From the human T2T-CHM13v2.0 reference genome, Homo sapiens, in the NCBI RefSeq assembly GCF_009914755.1, contig NC_060926.1: a DNA stretch of 64,000 bases. The stretch is one strand, 5' to 3'. Of this stretch, positions 15,361-29,860 are shown one piece after another. Every line of letters starts with the position of its first letter. Position 1 is the stretch's first letter. The position numbers were made by a program, and so were the translations under genes. The notes beneath the pieces were generated by a model. That model saw only the letters and a program-made list of their open reading frames with translations. It made no database searches and was not told where the DNA came from.

Positions 15361-15952
15361 CACAGTGCTGCCACTCTTAACTCCACCATCTTTCCATCAG
15401 CTGACCAAATCACCATGTCCATGGCTCACCCACTCCTGACCTTCATGCATTTTTCTCCACAGTCCCCCACCTAGATCTTCCTTCGTCTCTGCTTGTCCAA
15501 GTTCTCCTCATACTTGAGGGCTAGGATAAAATCTCATCCATTCCTGAAGGCTTTCTTCATCCCTTCTAGTTGAAAACAACTGTCCTCCTCTGAACCCTCA
15601 TGGCTCTATGTCTATACCCTTATGACGACTCAGAGTCATTTTTGCCTTATATTTCAAATACTATTTCATGCTCATCAAATACTTATTAAATTTTATAATA
15701 AAAATTATTCCCCAAATCAGTAAGAAATGTAAAAGGAAAAAAATTTCCACTTCTGCACCCTAGCACCCACAAAATTCTCCTGCCCAGACTGTATACTGTT
15801 TGCTATGAACCCTTTAGATATTTTAATAAATATATTCAGATAAAGTAATTAGGTATGTTCACATATGTTAGCATATATAATTATTGACTATTAATGTGCT
15901 TTCATTTTGGTTACTTTATAAAATTTTGCCTTTTTAAAAAATACCATGTTCT

Positions 15953-16269
<317 letters not shown>

Positions 16270-16899
16270 TCACAATAAATGAAATGTTTAGGTAACCCAC
16301 TTTACCTTTCAGTCTGGGCTGCCCGGGTCAGAATAATGAATGAACCCACAGGAATAGGATTCTGAAGATCAGGCAATAGTTGGAATGAAAGACAAAGTGC
16401 AACATTTTAATGTTTTCAAAGAACTCAAAAGCCATGTGGTGCCAATATTCCATATCAAAATTATCTAGGAAAATTTAAATGAAACACTTATTATAATAAG
16501 ATTAATCAATGTGAAAAGAAGCCAGAGCAGAAAGTGGATGGAGTACTCGTAAGACTGCAGTATAACACTCTGTCCTAGACAGGCTCACCCGGACTGCTTC
16601 TCTGTCAAAGTTTAGCAGATCTATGACATTTCTTTCACTGGATCATCTTTCTTTTCAGTTTCTCTACAGGCTATCCAGGCTATAGTAAGCTGAAAGGATA
16701 AATGATATTATCTGGAAGTCAGGAAACAGGGTTTACAACTGTTATATAGGCTCAAAGACAAGGAAGCAAAGCAATTTGACCCACATTTATGGAGCACCAA
16801 CTACGTGCAAAGCAGGGCACTAAGCTTTGTTGCAGACATGAAGGTACAGAAGTTCTTAAGGTCCTTACAATTTGATTGTGGTAAATTACTTGAATATAG

Positions 16900-17239
<340 letters not shown>

Positions 17240-18504
17240 TAATTGATTAGCTCAAGATAAAAGAAAAGAAGTATCACTTCAGAACAAAGATATTCCTTTG
17301 ATTTGGCTTGTCTTCACTTATGGCCAATACAAATAATCTGTATTCAACTGCTACTTTCTCTTGTCTTTTAGGCCCCATTTCCAGCTTTCCAGACAGCATG
17401 CTACTTGGTTCAACCTCACCTAATGGCTCTGGCCCAGGTGCTGCCAGCACTGCACTGACAGCCTAGAGCATGAGAGAATGTGGTTAGACTTCCTGAGAAC
17501 CATTCAAACACCTACCAGCCCTACTCCCTCCTCTAAGGCTGCACACTTCTCCAAGGTTAGTTACAACCTCTAGGTTTCAAGATTCCACTCTAGCCACCGA
17601 CTCTAATTCCAGGGGGACTACTAAACTTCACCTGTTATACACTGCCCTACTGTCAGCTCCACCCACCCTTGGTCTCGAGTAACAACCCCTTGTGGCACTG
17701 TCTAAAGCAAAGACAAAAATCAATTTTCATTGACTGCTATTGACTTCCTGGAACTCTGCACTGAGAAAGATGCTGAGACACATGCGGACTCAGCGGGAAA
17801 GAACACTGGGGTGTTGCTGTGGTAGGTAATAATATGAGTTATGCATTTGCCCTCTGGTTTTAGCATCCTGACAACACAGTTCCTTACCCTCTTTGACTCT
17901 AGAGACAAATTCTGTCTTCCACAACAGTAATATCCTAGACCTTTTAGAACTCTCCATAATAAAGTTCTTATCAATTCCAACCTGGTCCTCCTTCATTCTT
18001 TACACAGGCATTTTTCTCAGTCCACCTCACCTGCCTTCCACTCCATCTTCATGAGGGCCTTCAATCACAAAACTCTTCCACCTTACCCCTTACAACCTCT
18101 TCCCTGTTTCACTGGACTCCTAGCTTCTCAAGATCCTGTGGTCAGTAGCTAAAACTCATTTTCTCTTACTTCTCCGATTTAATCACCAATTCTGGATCAC
18201 ACCATCATCTATATTCTCTATTTAAATCTAGCTTTCTTGAGCAAGAGATAGAAATGCTAACCCCAGCAAATACAAATTCATATTGCTCACCTTCTATCAT
18301 ATCTTTAATCCTGATAATCTATTCTTTTATTCACTTCAGTGGGTCTGAAACACAATCCCCAGAACAGTATTTCCATACCATCTTCACTTTCCTCAAACAC
18401 CTAATTCCACGGTCTCTTTCTCTGTGCACTGTAGGGAGCTCTTGTATATATAAGATGCTTGGCTTCACTTCAACATCATACTAACCCATGTCCTGTAGAA
18501 GTGC

Positions 18505-18740
18505 CACAGAGCCCAGTGGTTAAGGCCACAGTTGCTGGAGCAACCAGCCTAGGTTCAACTCCCAATTCTGCCCTTACTGCCTACGTGACCGCTGACAAAT
18601 TATTTAACCTGAGTCTCAGTTTCCTCATCTTTAAAGTGGGGCTATCATAGTAGTATGTACCTCACTGTACTGTTGTGAGGAAGAAATAAGTAGCTCTTAG
18701 GACAATGCCTGACACTATGTAAGTGTTCAACAGATGTTTT
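18505..18740 (+). mobile_element. MIR SINE
   Basis: Core ttatttaacctgagtctcagtttcctcatctttaaagtgggg. Confidence 0.7.
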
Positions 18741-21629
18741 CTGTTTCAGCCTTTTAGTATCAAAAGAAGAAACATTTTGCTTCCTTGCTATAGCAGACCC
18801 TTCCACCTCTACTCTGTTAACAAATTCCTTCCTACTTCTCTAGAATCCATTCCTCTATAATATGTTGCAATTCTCTCTCTACTAACCTCCTTTTCTCCAT
18901 CTTCCAATATCCCAAGGTTTACTGTGTCTATTAAAAAATTATTTGCTTGACCTACCCCCTTATGGCTGAACCCGTCTTCTTCCTTCAGATTCCATGTGCT
19001 TACAACGCCTCTTCTTCCTGGTCCACATGACCTGGCCTCTGGCTATTGCTCTGGCCTCATCTCATATCATCTTATAACCCTTGTCTCGCTCCAGCCACAA
19101 TCCTCTCTTATGTTCCTTGAACAAGCCAAGCACATTCTAGCTCCGAGGCCTCTGAGTTGCCATGTTCTCTGTCTGGGGCTTCTCTCCCCAGCTCCAATAC
19201 CTTATTTGCCTCTCTCAATTTTTCACCTCAAAAGTGCTGTCCTCAGTGAAGCCATCCCTTAAACACTCAGGTTAAAGAGCCCCTCAATCGTTCTCCATCA
19301 CACCTCTTGCTTTATTTCCTTCAAAGAACTCTCTCCTCCTGAGAACAGGAACCTTGATATCTCTCTCCTTCCTGAATACCAGAGGCTAGCTCCATAAATA
19401 TTGTTGACTGTATCAGCAAAGGACTTTGCTACAATCTGTGGAGATACCAAACCAATCAGACACAGATCGTGTCAACAGAGTTTATAGCCCATAGTGGAGA
19501 AAAGATGGGCCCCAAAGTATCTGCAATATGCAGCATAAAGTACTCAGAGCCTTCTAACACGCAAGAGAAGAAAGAGAGGGCTTTTGCCTGGGAAGTTCTT
19601 AAAAGTCTTGAGAAGGAGGTGGTATCTGAGGTAGACTTTGAAGACAGGATAGAATTGATATTCAGAGACGGCAGGAAGGGGTAAAGAGCATTCCAGATGG
19701 TGGGCCTTCACTTAGATTTTCCCTTTCCTTCATCCATTATCCTCCATCTATCCCCAATTACAGCCTTTCTTTTCCTTTTCACAAGTCCCACTTTCTCTTT
19801 ATTGCCACTATCACACTAATCTGAGTCCTCAACACTAATCTGAGTCCTCATCACACATCATGACGCCTGGCAGACCTTCTGATTGGTTTCCATCCCTTAG
19901 TTCTTTCCACCTACCAATCATTCCATGCACTGTTGGGGCCTGAGGAGACCCACTGAAGAGCCTTCCTTTTCCTCACCCAACTTTTGAACCAATTGAGATA
20001 GACAGAGGGTGGTCAGATACATGGGGATCAAAACATCAGACAGTTGGAGGATGCAACTTAGTTGCGTAGCAGCAAATTGAACCCCAGGATTTCAGAGACT
20101 TACCTCTGAGTCACAAGCATCACTGGATAGCCAGAGGCCTCCCCTCCTGGGAAACTGCCCATGAAGGGCTGATGGCATGGAGGAGCAGATCTGGGGGAGC
20201 GGACCAGAATTAGTGCTCTTAGGACAGCAGCTGAATTACCTGGTTCCTCTCCTAAACTTGCCAATAAGTCACTCCTCCTTCTCATGGGTGGGGTGTGCAA
20301 AGGGATGGACGGAGGCCAAGAGTGCTATTCCAGCTGACGTCCCTTTACATGGACACATAAAGCCACTGAAAAGGAGGGTCCCTGCTACCCTATCACCACT
20401 TTCACCCCACCAACTTCCATATTTCTTATTAAATACCCTTTTAATCTTGAGTCTCAAGACATGTGTGGTTGCTTCTTGCCAAATATATCACAGTAAGTCT
20501 ATTCATATGGCTTTGAAGGTCCTCCAAAGTCTCAGCTCACTACTCCAAAATGTACCCCTGTTCTAGGTTAGCCTCCTGACCATCTCATACATACGCTGTG
20601 TTCTTTCCACCTTGACTTTGTGCTCAATCCTCAAAGCTCAGCTGAAATAGCCTTTCCTCAATGAAGACTCCTCTGGCATTCTGAGTCACAATCATCACTC
20701 TTTTCTTTGCATTCCTGGTTAATAAAATACAGTTTTCCAAGTCAATTTGTTTCATATTATAGTACTCGACTATGTTCAAGCCAGAAACAAACGGAAAAAA
20801 TGAACTAATTTTAGGTCTTTGTTCTCCTCATTACAGGCACATCGGGGCACACTAATCATGACACTGCCACACATGTCCATAGCAAAGAACATGAAGAGAG
20901 TGATACTACAGGAATCAAAGCTGGACTGTGTCTTGCACATATTTAATATGCTCCACAGGCCCTCGTACAGTGTTGGCCAGTGGAGTACACAGATGGTATT
21001 CCACAGATATTTTTATTAACAAATTTGTTCTGGTAGAAATGAACTAGTCTTTTCTATGGCTACTTTGGAGACTTTCTTTTTGGGTAAAAAGAGGATATTC
21101 CATTCATTTTCCCTTCATAAACCTAGGAAAAAGATTACCTATGTCAGCTCTAGTGGAAACAGACCTGTAACATATCTGGCTACATATTAACATTAACTAG
21201 ATATACCAGTTTAGGGATCTCTTCCATCCAGTTCTTTGCTATGGGCAACAGTGATAGAGCATAAGTCAATACATTCCTGGCCAATTTTTCTCAAGTGTGA
21301 ACCTGACTAGGAGATCACAGATCCAACTTTTTAAAAGCAGAGATTTTCTGTCTTCTGTGATGAGGGCAAGCCTTAGCCTCTGTTGAGGTTTTGGACCCAG
21401 GAAACAATTCCAAACATCACCTTTCAAACCATGCTTATTCTTTGCCATGGTGAGCTTTTGGCTCTATATATCTAATCTATAGGAATTAAATATAAAAGAC
21501 CCTCCCATACTTAGGCTGCTGGATTTTAGGCATAAATGGCATTCCATTACAATTTCTTGATGCAGCCTACAGAATTATAGAGACTTAGAGCTGGAAGAGA
21601 TCCTAGAAATCCCACTAGCACATCCACAT

Positions 21630-22250
21630 GTAAGGCAAAACCTATCAGCTGCCTTCATTAACAGAACCCTAATTTTGTTCAGGTATGGGGGCAATATGCT
21701 CAGGAAAGATGGCCTCTCCCCTGCCCTGTAAAAAGAATAATAATTTGTTTAATCCAATCACAGTAATCCTATTTTCCTTTGCCAGAGATTGCCTTAGGGG
21801 TGGACATGTGACCCAGTTCTGGCCAAGGAGCGGGTGCTATTGGGAGCCTCTGGAAAAAAAGACCCAGAAGAGATGCCCTGCTCTCTCTCTTCCTGGTTTT
21901 TACTGTTGGTATTTAAGAAAATGATCCTAACACATTTGGGAAGTTAGGAAAATGTTTTTTAAAATGATCCTTGGGGCAGCTGTAGCCACTTTGTACCAAT
22001 GATGGGAGAGAAGAGAAATCACCAATATACCAAGGAAAACAAAGCAAAAAGATGGAAAGCCTGTAGGTCCTGGATGACCCCAAGACCACCTACCCCTGGG
22101 TATCCTGTGAAGTGTTTATTGCATAAGTCCTCGACATTCACTAAGTGCTCAATAGTTATCTGTCAGATAAAAGAAAAATTACAGTGATATTTTGGCCTTA
22201 CTATTTGTGCCACTTTTGGTTGAGTATTTTGTTACTTGCTTCTGAAAGCA
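21630..22250 (+). mobile_element. Old MLT1 LTR (degenerate)
   Basis: gggtggacatgtgacccagttctggcca ... ttgttacttgc ... agcattctgactga motifs. Confidence 0.55.
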
Positions 22251-22429
22251 TTCTGACTGACTGAACACATTTGGAAAGAGGTTCCAGGAAGCAAAATGAC
22301 TTGGCCAAGGTTATACCACAAAGTGGGCAAGTTGAGAGTGGAACTCCAACCTCCAGACTTTAAATCTAGATCACACTGTGTTTTATTTGTGGTGGAGGGA
22401 ATGAGTCCTAGCCTTCCTCAGGCTGGAGA

Positions 22430-22680
22430 AGCGGTTTAACACAGTGGTTATGTGCAGTCTTGGAGTTAGACTTGGCTTAGAATCCTAGCCCTGCCACATA
22501 CTAGCTGCATAGGCTTGGATGAGGTCATCTTCTCTAAGCCTCAGTTTCCTCATTTGTAGAATCAGGATAATATCATCTATTATGTTAAACTGTTGTGAGT
22601 ATTAACTAAGATAATGAACACTTCTTAGCACAGAGCTGGGCATAAAATTATCGCTCATTAAGTGATAGCTCTTACTGACA
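22430..22680 (+). mobile_element. MIR SINE
   Basis: Core ctctaagcctcagtttcctcatttgtagaatcaggataat. Confidence 0.7.
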
Positions 22681-25213
22681 GTATTAATAATAACAAACTT
22701 CATTCAACTTGAATCAAGCTGTAACTAAGGAGAAAGGAAAGAGTAGCCCCTTCCATTCTGAATAAAAAACAAAACATCACTATTCTGTCCTGATTTTTAA
22801 GCACCAATACACAGAATTCAACCTTCCATGTGTTCATGCTTGGTACAGTACAGTTTTCTACAATACAGTTGGTATCTTCAAAGGACTTCCAATCTGGTGT
22901 GGGAGATGGATGGACAAGCAATTATCTATCGTGCACAGCAGAGTAAAATGTGCCATGGGAACATAAAGTGAAAGGGAAGAAAAAAAAAAGAATTTTAATT
23001 GAGAAAAATCTGGAAAGGTCCCAGGGAGGATGTGGGATTTGAATTGGCCCTTGAAAAATAATGGAGGATTTTTGGAAAGTGAAAAGGGCAGGGAAAGTAT
23101 TCTGGGATGAAGAGACAGCAAAGGCCCAGGAGCTTGAAAGCACATGGCACTTTCAAAAATGGCAAAAAGGTTCAAAAGCAAGAAGGTATGGGTGATAAGG
23201 TTGGGAAGATACCTGGATGCTTTATAAAGTTTACACTTGATTTTGTAAGAAATGGGGAACTATGGTTCACTTTTGAGAACAAAGTGACATGAAAAGATTT
23301 GTGTTTTAGAAAGAAAACTTTAGCAGTTTATAAAATTAGTAACCATAGTTTTCCTTAGCCAAAAAGAAAAAAAAATTAATAGGACAACCAGGAAAAAATA
23401 TCAGACATTTTGATTTAAAGGTTCCCATAGAGAAGTGTTATGAATCAGAATGTGGGCTGTCAATGAGGCATATTGGGTTTCCAAATAGCTGCCACAGGCC
23501 AACATTCAATAATGTAACCAATGGAAACTATACGACCATATAAAATCAATTTTCTGTGACCTATTTTAGCAACTTCTTTGTACTGACTAATCTTGCTGAA
23601 GGGTGAATCATAAATTCAGCAAGAGACCATGTCCTGGTGACCTCACTTGTTCTTAGCCTGCAGGAATATTCCCACCTCTACTGGCTCCAAGGCTTTTGAG
23701 AAACATCATAATTGAAAAAGCAGTCATTTTAGTATAAGTCCCAAATTTGGCTTTTTTTTTTTTTTTAAAGTGAAAGATGGGAAAAAGGGAACCGAAACAG
23801 AGTAACACAAAACCTGAGATAAAGAAACTATACTGCCATGGTTTTTCTAGCCCTAAAGAAAATCTCTGCTTGAGATCTTCTCCTGAAGTACTTAGAACAA
23901 GAAAATACAGGCATAGGAATGGTACCAGGTCACCAGAGAGTGAAACCGACGGAAACAAAAGCCCAGTTGACCACTGCCCTTGCCAAGCAGATGAAAATGT
24001 GAACACAGTCAGGAATGGAAAAGTAAGTTAGATTCTGGCAGTTTGTTGAGTTTCAGAGCTCTGTAGCTAATGCAAAGGATTTCTTTAAAAATTTTTTATT
24101 TTAAAAATTGCAACAGTGGTTCACCCAGAAGTAGAGTTACAAGACACACAAATCTTTCTGTGTTAAATAATTTCAACCATACCTACGTTTTCATTACAAT
24201 TTTTTATTATCTGACTACAGTAATTAGCTTCCACACAACCATGAGTCAGGGTCAATTCAAATACATCCTAGAATGATATAATTTTGGAGTTGGGAAGGAC
24301 AATAGAGATAATTTAACCTGCCTCAGTAGGTTCGTAAACCAAACGCAATAGACAATAAAGTGGTTTTTCCAAACTTACATGGTCAATCAGGAGTAGAGTT
24401 TGGATAACCTTTCGGGTCCTAGTTGAGGATTCTTTCCATATAGCCTATGTATCTATACTTTGTTATAAGTGTGCGTGTGTATAACCTGTATTTCATATAT
24501 ATGTTCACATGACTTTTTATGTTCTTACCTTATGACACATTTATGTTTAGATTGTAATTCTGAGATGTTAAGACCTTGTCTTCTTTATCCTACGGCAAAG
24601 TCCTTGGTGCTTATGATTGTGTCATTACTCAATGAACAAGAACAGATGACAGTGATGCAGAGGGAAAAGGGTTTAGTACAGACAGTAGTGAAGAGCATGT
24701 CTTTATACAACTAAGAGCAGTGCTAAGACTAGAAATCAGCCATTCTTTTTTTTTTTTCATTTTCTGGAGTTGACTTGTAAGAAATCAGCCATTCTGGTAG
24801 TAGGATCAGGGCCCACTCTCAGGGCTAGTTCCCAGTCACACCCTGCTATAGCTACCAAGTGCATAGCAGATGCTGGGATGGCAGTAAGGAGAGGCACTGA
24901 TCCTGAGAAAGCTTTGGTGTCCACCATCTACCTTGAGGTTCTTCAGAGATAACTGCCTCTGCTGTCACTTTGCCTTAGATCTATTTCTTCCCATCATCAC
25001 TTCATGATTTAACCCTGAGACAAAACTATTCAATCCTCAGATGATGGAAATGGTGTTAACTATTTAGATAGGAAAAAAGCCACATCCCATCAACTGGTGG
25101 CAACCTTCATCCACTAGCACAGCCGACATTCCTTCTTAAGAAGACAGAGCTAGGTCTGTCTCTCCATAAGGCAAGGCAATCTCCCAAGTAAGACAGTTAA
25201 AAAATGGGCCAAA

Positions 25214-25288
25214 CACGTGTATACCTATGTAACAAACTGGCACGTTCTGCGCGTGTATCACAGAACTTAAAGCATAATAATTTTTTTT
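25214..25288 (+). mobile_element. Very short L1PA 3'-end fragment
   Basis: gtatacctatgtaacaaactggcacgttctgc...cagaacttaaagcataataa; flanked by aatgggccaaa and aatggggcaaa, a TSD-like pair. Confidence 0.8.
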
Positions 25289-25739
25289 AATGGGGCAAAA
25301 CCCCAAAGCTCTCCCTTCCATGCTTACAAACCCATCAGGGTCGGTTCACTTCAGCTGTTGGCATGCTAACATTAAAGAGTATGAAAGGCAAAGTGACCAT
25401 CTTCCTTTTGCAGATTCATTGGTCTCCTAAGAAACTGTGACCGGCTCTGTGTCCGAGTATTTCAGTGAATAAGTTAAATGCAGGAAACAATCCTTGCTTA
25501 GCTGGATTGCTTTGGCATGCCTCAGTTTTTCTGAACCCATGATAGAGTTACAAGGCACACATAAATCTTTCTGTGTTAAATAATTTCAACTATACCTATA
25601 TTGGTTAATTTTAGTTCAGTGAACATTATCGTACTGATCCCCACCAACTACCCCCATAGAGATTTACTGCCAATGAGGCTTTCAAAGTGGAGGGCTGAGG
25701 AGACTGAGGACCACTAGCTTCCAAAGTAAGGGCACAGCC

Positions 25740-25960
25740 CCAGCTTAGTGGTTAAGAGCCTGGACTCGGAGGAAGACTGCCTAGATTCAAATTGAGGCTC
25801 CACTCCTCCCTCACTGTGGGAATTTGAACAAGTTACTTATGCTCCCTGTGCCTCAGTTTCATCATCCTTAAAACGGGACCAATGAAAAACCCATGTCACA
25901 GGATAAGCTGCTACCTATAAAGCAGTTAAAATTATCAGTGCACAAAGTGTTAGCTGCCAC
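25740..25960 (+). mobile_element. MIR SINE
   Basis: tagtggttaagagc...caagttactt...ctgtgcctcagtttc. Confidence 0.7.
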
Positions 25961-28471
25961 TGCCATTATTATTATTATTTTTCCCTCTCTTTCCACCTGG
26001 GCTCTCTCACTCACCCTGAGAATAAACACACTAGGTGCTCAGATGTTGGCTTTGATAGTAATAAACAAACTGTTAATCTGGTTCATGTATTCTTCTCTCA
26101 TATATCCCTTCCCCATTCTAGGAAAGCAGTGGCCTCCAAATCCAAAGCAATAATCTTCTATAAAGAAACACAATCAAGGAACAGAGAAAAGTTGAAAACG
26201 TTATAAAATTATCTCAAATGATTGCCAACTTCGGACAGACTAAAGGGCAAACCACAGTGATCTCACCAGGCTTTGTGCTCATCAAACAGTCAGATTCCTG
26301 TAAGAAGGGAAATCTTAATTGTGCCTATGCAACTCAGGAGTCTGAAATGGTATCTAAATAGCTCTCCAAGACCAGAGTAACATTCTTCCAACGTTAGGGG
26401 CACTTTATAAGCCACACACAGTCAGGGAGGGGAAAGTGAACACAGTCAGGGAGAGAAAATCAAAAGTGTTTGATTTTCTCTTATCAGGGCAGCTTTTGAG
26501 ACAAAAGCCTATGTTCATTTTTCAGTATTTACTGCTGCTACAGAGCTTCACAGAGAGGATGTGCAAATGCCAAATGGTGATGTGAAGGTGGAGAAAGGGA
26601 GGATGTCAGAAAAGAGGGTGGAGTCATTTTTTCTAGAAAGACACAAACCAGCTAAAGAAGTTAATATCTTTAATTTATCAGCTTAGTTCTTGCCAGAATT
26701 CATTCATTTTACATTTTAAAAATGTTTGAGCACATATTTTTGAGCACATGTTCAAAGCACTAAGTTAGATACTGAAGATAAAACAATGGGTAAAATTCTC
26801 AGGTGAAAAGTAACTTAAAAAGAAAAGAAAAACAAATAGGTAAGAAACAATCGCTTCCATCAGTGACTATAAACTCTGGTGTGAATGACAATTAAATAGC
26901 TGATCACAAATCAGTATGAGAGAGGGAAAGAATGGTCTATTTCCCATTAACAAACCAGTTAATAACTATGAGAAAGTGTACCACAGGAAGGCCAATTCAT
27001 TTCAAGAAATATTTATTATGAGGCCCATTTTATAACAAAAAAAAACTTGAAATGCTTGTTAGTGTCACTTTGATTCTCACTGATGGGTTTCAAATTCAAT
27101 TCATAATAATAACAATTATATCATTAAATGTTTAAAACTTTTATTAAGTGTTCAAGTGTACTGAACATGGTTCTAAGAAGCACTTTAGATGTTTTAACCC
27201 ATTTAATGCTCACAAGAAATTGAGGTCAGTACTACCATTACCTCATACTTTATGTCCAAAAAAAAAAAAAATTACAATGCGGGTACAGAGTGATTAAGAA
27301 ACCTGCCTTATATTACACAACTAGTAAGTACTAGAGCAAAGTTGGAAACCCTGGCAGTCTAGGTTTAGAGTCAGTGTTTCTAACAAATATGCTACTTTGT
27401 TTGACCAGAAGGCCTCCTTCAGACCAGGCTTCCCTATTAGCAAAATAGCTGCTACACCCTAGCTACCCACAGCCCTCATTATACCGGAGCCCAATTTTGC
27501 TTTATGCACCCAAAGCAGCACTTATCCTCAGAAAGGCTCAAGAGCCTGGTTATTCATCACCAATTGAGACAGAAGACGCAGAGGCCCTACCTGATGAAGA
27601 AGACCCTTGGACTTACTACAGGAGGAAGGAAAGAGATGGAGGAGGGTAGGAGGAAGGAGCAGACGAGGGAAGAAGCACTTCCAATAAGGCTTTAAGCTAT
27701 TCAAGGTGAGTTCAGAAAAAGAGCCAGGTAAAAAAATGAACATTAACTGGAGAAAACATAACCATGCAGTAATAACACCAGCAAGTAAGAGAATGACAGG
27801 ACCAGACACAAAACCTGTTGACCTCATCGAAAGAAATCCACTGAGGAAATTTTATTTCTTCTGAGGAGCCCCCAGCCTCTCATTAACCCTTGTTAACTTA
27901 GAACAGCAGGAATGGGAGAAGGGAGGATTATGGGTCATTTGAGACACTTTGAATTTGAGGTGCCTTTGGTACATTTCAACAAAAATGCTCACCAGGCAGT
28001 TGGAGATGCGAGTCTGCAGCTCAAGGAAGAGGTCTTGCCTGACCCCAGATCTCCTGGGTCCTCATCTCCAGCTCTAGCCAAGGTACTACACTGCCTCCCT
28101 CTGCTTTTGGCATATTCCTCAGGAGAAACAACGAGTCTTTCTTCAGTTTGGATTACTAACTTCAAAGGTTTTAAAATAAATTTTACTCAGAGATCTTGGC
28201 TGATTTTGACTAGTTGGCACCTGGATATTGGCACACCCCTCCACAAATGCTTATGAGAATACCGGCCTCAGAATAGGTGATCAGCCATGCAATCTAGAAC
28301 TCCAGCCTGAGAATGGGTGGCCACTGCTTGCCCCTGCCCTTCAACTGATGGGCAATAGGAATATGATTTATCTTGCCTGCTCTCCAGAGAATGCCGAAAG
28401 AAAAGGTGTCAAAAACTTGGCATGCCATTTACTCACATTCGCTATCTCCTGGATGACTAAAAGGTGGCAGT

Positions 28472-28790
<319 letters not shown>

Positions 28791-29242
28791 GGTGGTCAGA
28801 ATATATTATAGCGATACTTGCAAATGCCATTTGTTACAGCTGACTTTTCAAACTACCACTCAGTTCTCATATTTCAACATAATTTAATATCAAACTTTTT
28901 TAAAACATGAGAATTAAAAAATAATTATCATGGTCTGTTGAGCACTCAAAGGAGTAGTTCAGGTCTTTACAGAGCCTAATGAAGGCTGAATTCCTATATT
29001 TACAATCAAAACAAGATAGGAAAAATAAAATTGCAAATAGGACACCCTCTTGACTCGTGCTACACCAGGGATTTAGAATGGTTAAGGAGGTTGTAATAAA
29101 AACCTAAATGAATGCCAAGAAACCAAAAAGCTACTGAGGTTATTTACTAATCAGAAGGTGCAACTGCTTGTACATGAGCTCAAAGCAAAGCTATGATTCT
29201 GCTAGGCACTGGGCTTACAGCAACTTGTATGTCCTTTAATAT

Positions 29243-29525
29243 CTTTTTTTTTTTTGAGACAGAGTCTCCCTCTGTCACCCAGGCTGGAATGCAGTGGCAC
29301 AGTCTCACTGCAATCTCCGCCTCCCAGGTTCAATCGATTTTCATGCCTCAGCCTCCCAAGTAGCCGGGACTACAGGCACGTGCCACCAAGCCCAGCTAAT
29401 TTTTGTGTTTTTAGTAGAGACAGGGTTTTGCCATGTTGTCCAGACTGGTCTCTGACCTCAAATGATCCGCCTGCCTCAGCCTCCCAAAGTGCTGGGATTA
29501 CAGGCATGAGCCACCATGCCCAGCC
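29243..29525 (-). mobile_element. AluS
   Basis: Reverse Alu; TSD-like atgtccYttaatatct. Confidence 0.93.
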
Positions 29526-29583
29526 ATGTCCCTTAATATCTAATCAGTCATCAAGTCCTGTGCTTTAAAATATCCTTTTCTTA

Positions 29584-29860
29584 GCCAGGCATGGTGGCTC
29601 ATGCCTGTAATCCCAGCTACTTGGGTGGCTGAAATGGAAGGATTGCTTGAGCACAGGAACTCAAGACCAGCCATAGCAACATAGCAAGACCCCATCTCTA
29701 AAAAAAACTGAAAAAATTAGCCGGGCCTGCCTGTAGTCCCAGCTACTTGAGAGGCTGATGTGGGAGGATCCCATGAGCCAAGAGTTTGAGGCTGCAATGA
29801 GCTACAATTACATCATCATATTCCAGCCTGGGAGACAACAAGACCTTGTCCCTAAAAAAA
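29584..29860 (+). mobile_element. AluJ
   Basis: Diverged dimeric Alu. Confidence 0.9.

Noticed and set aside
23999-26450. Shared 15-mer gtgaacacagtcagg at 23999 and 26436
   Set aside because: A few 15-mer matches are expected by chance in 64 kb, and the flanks do not extend.
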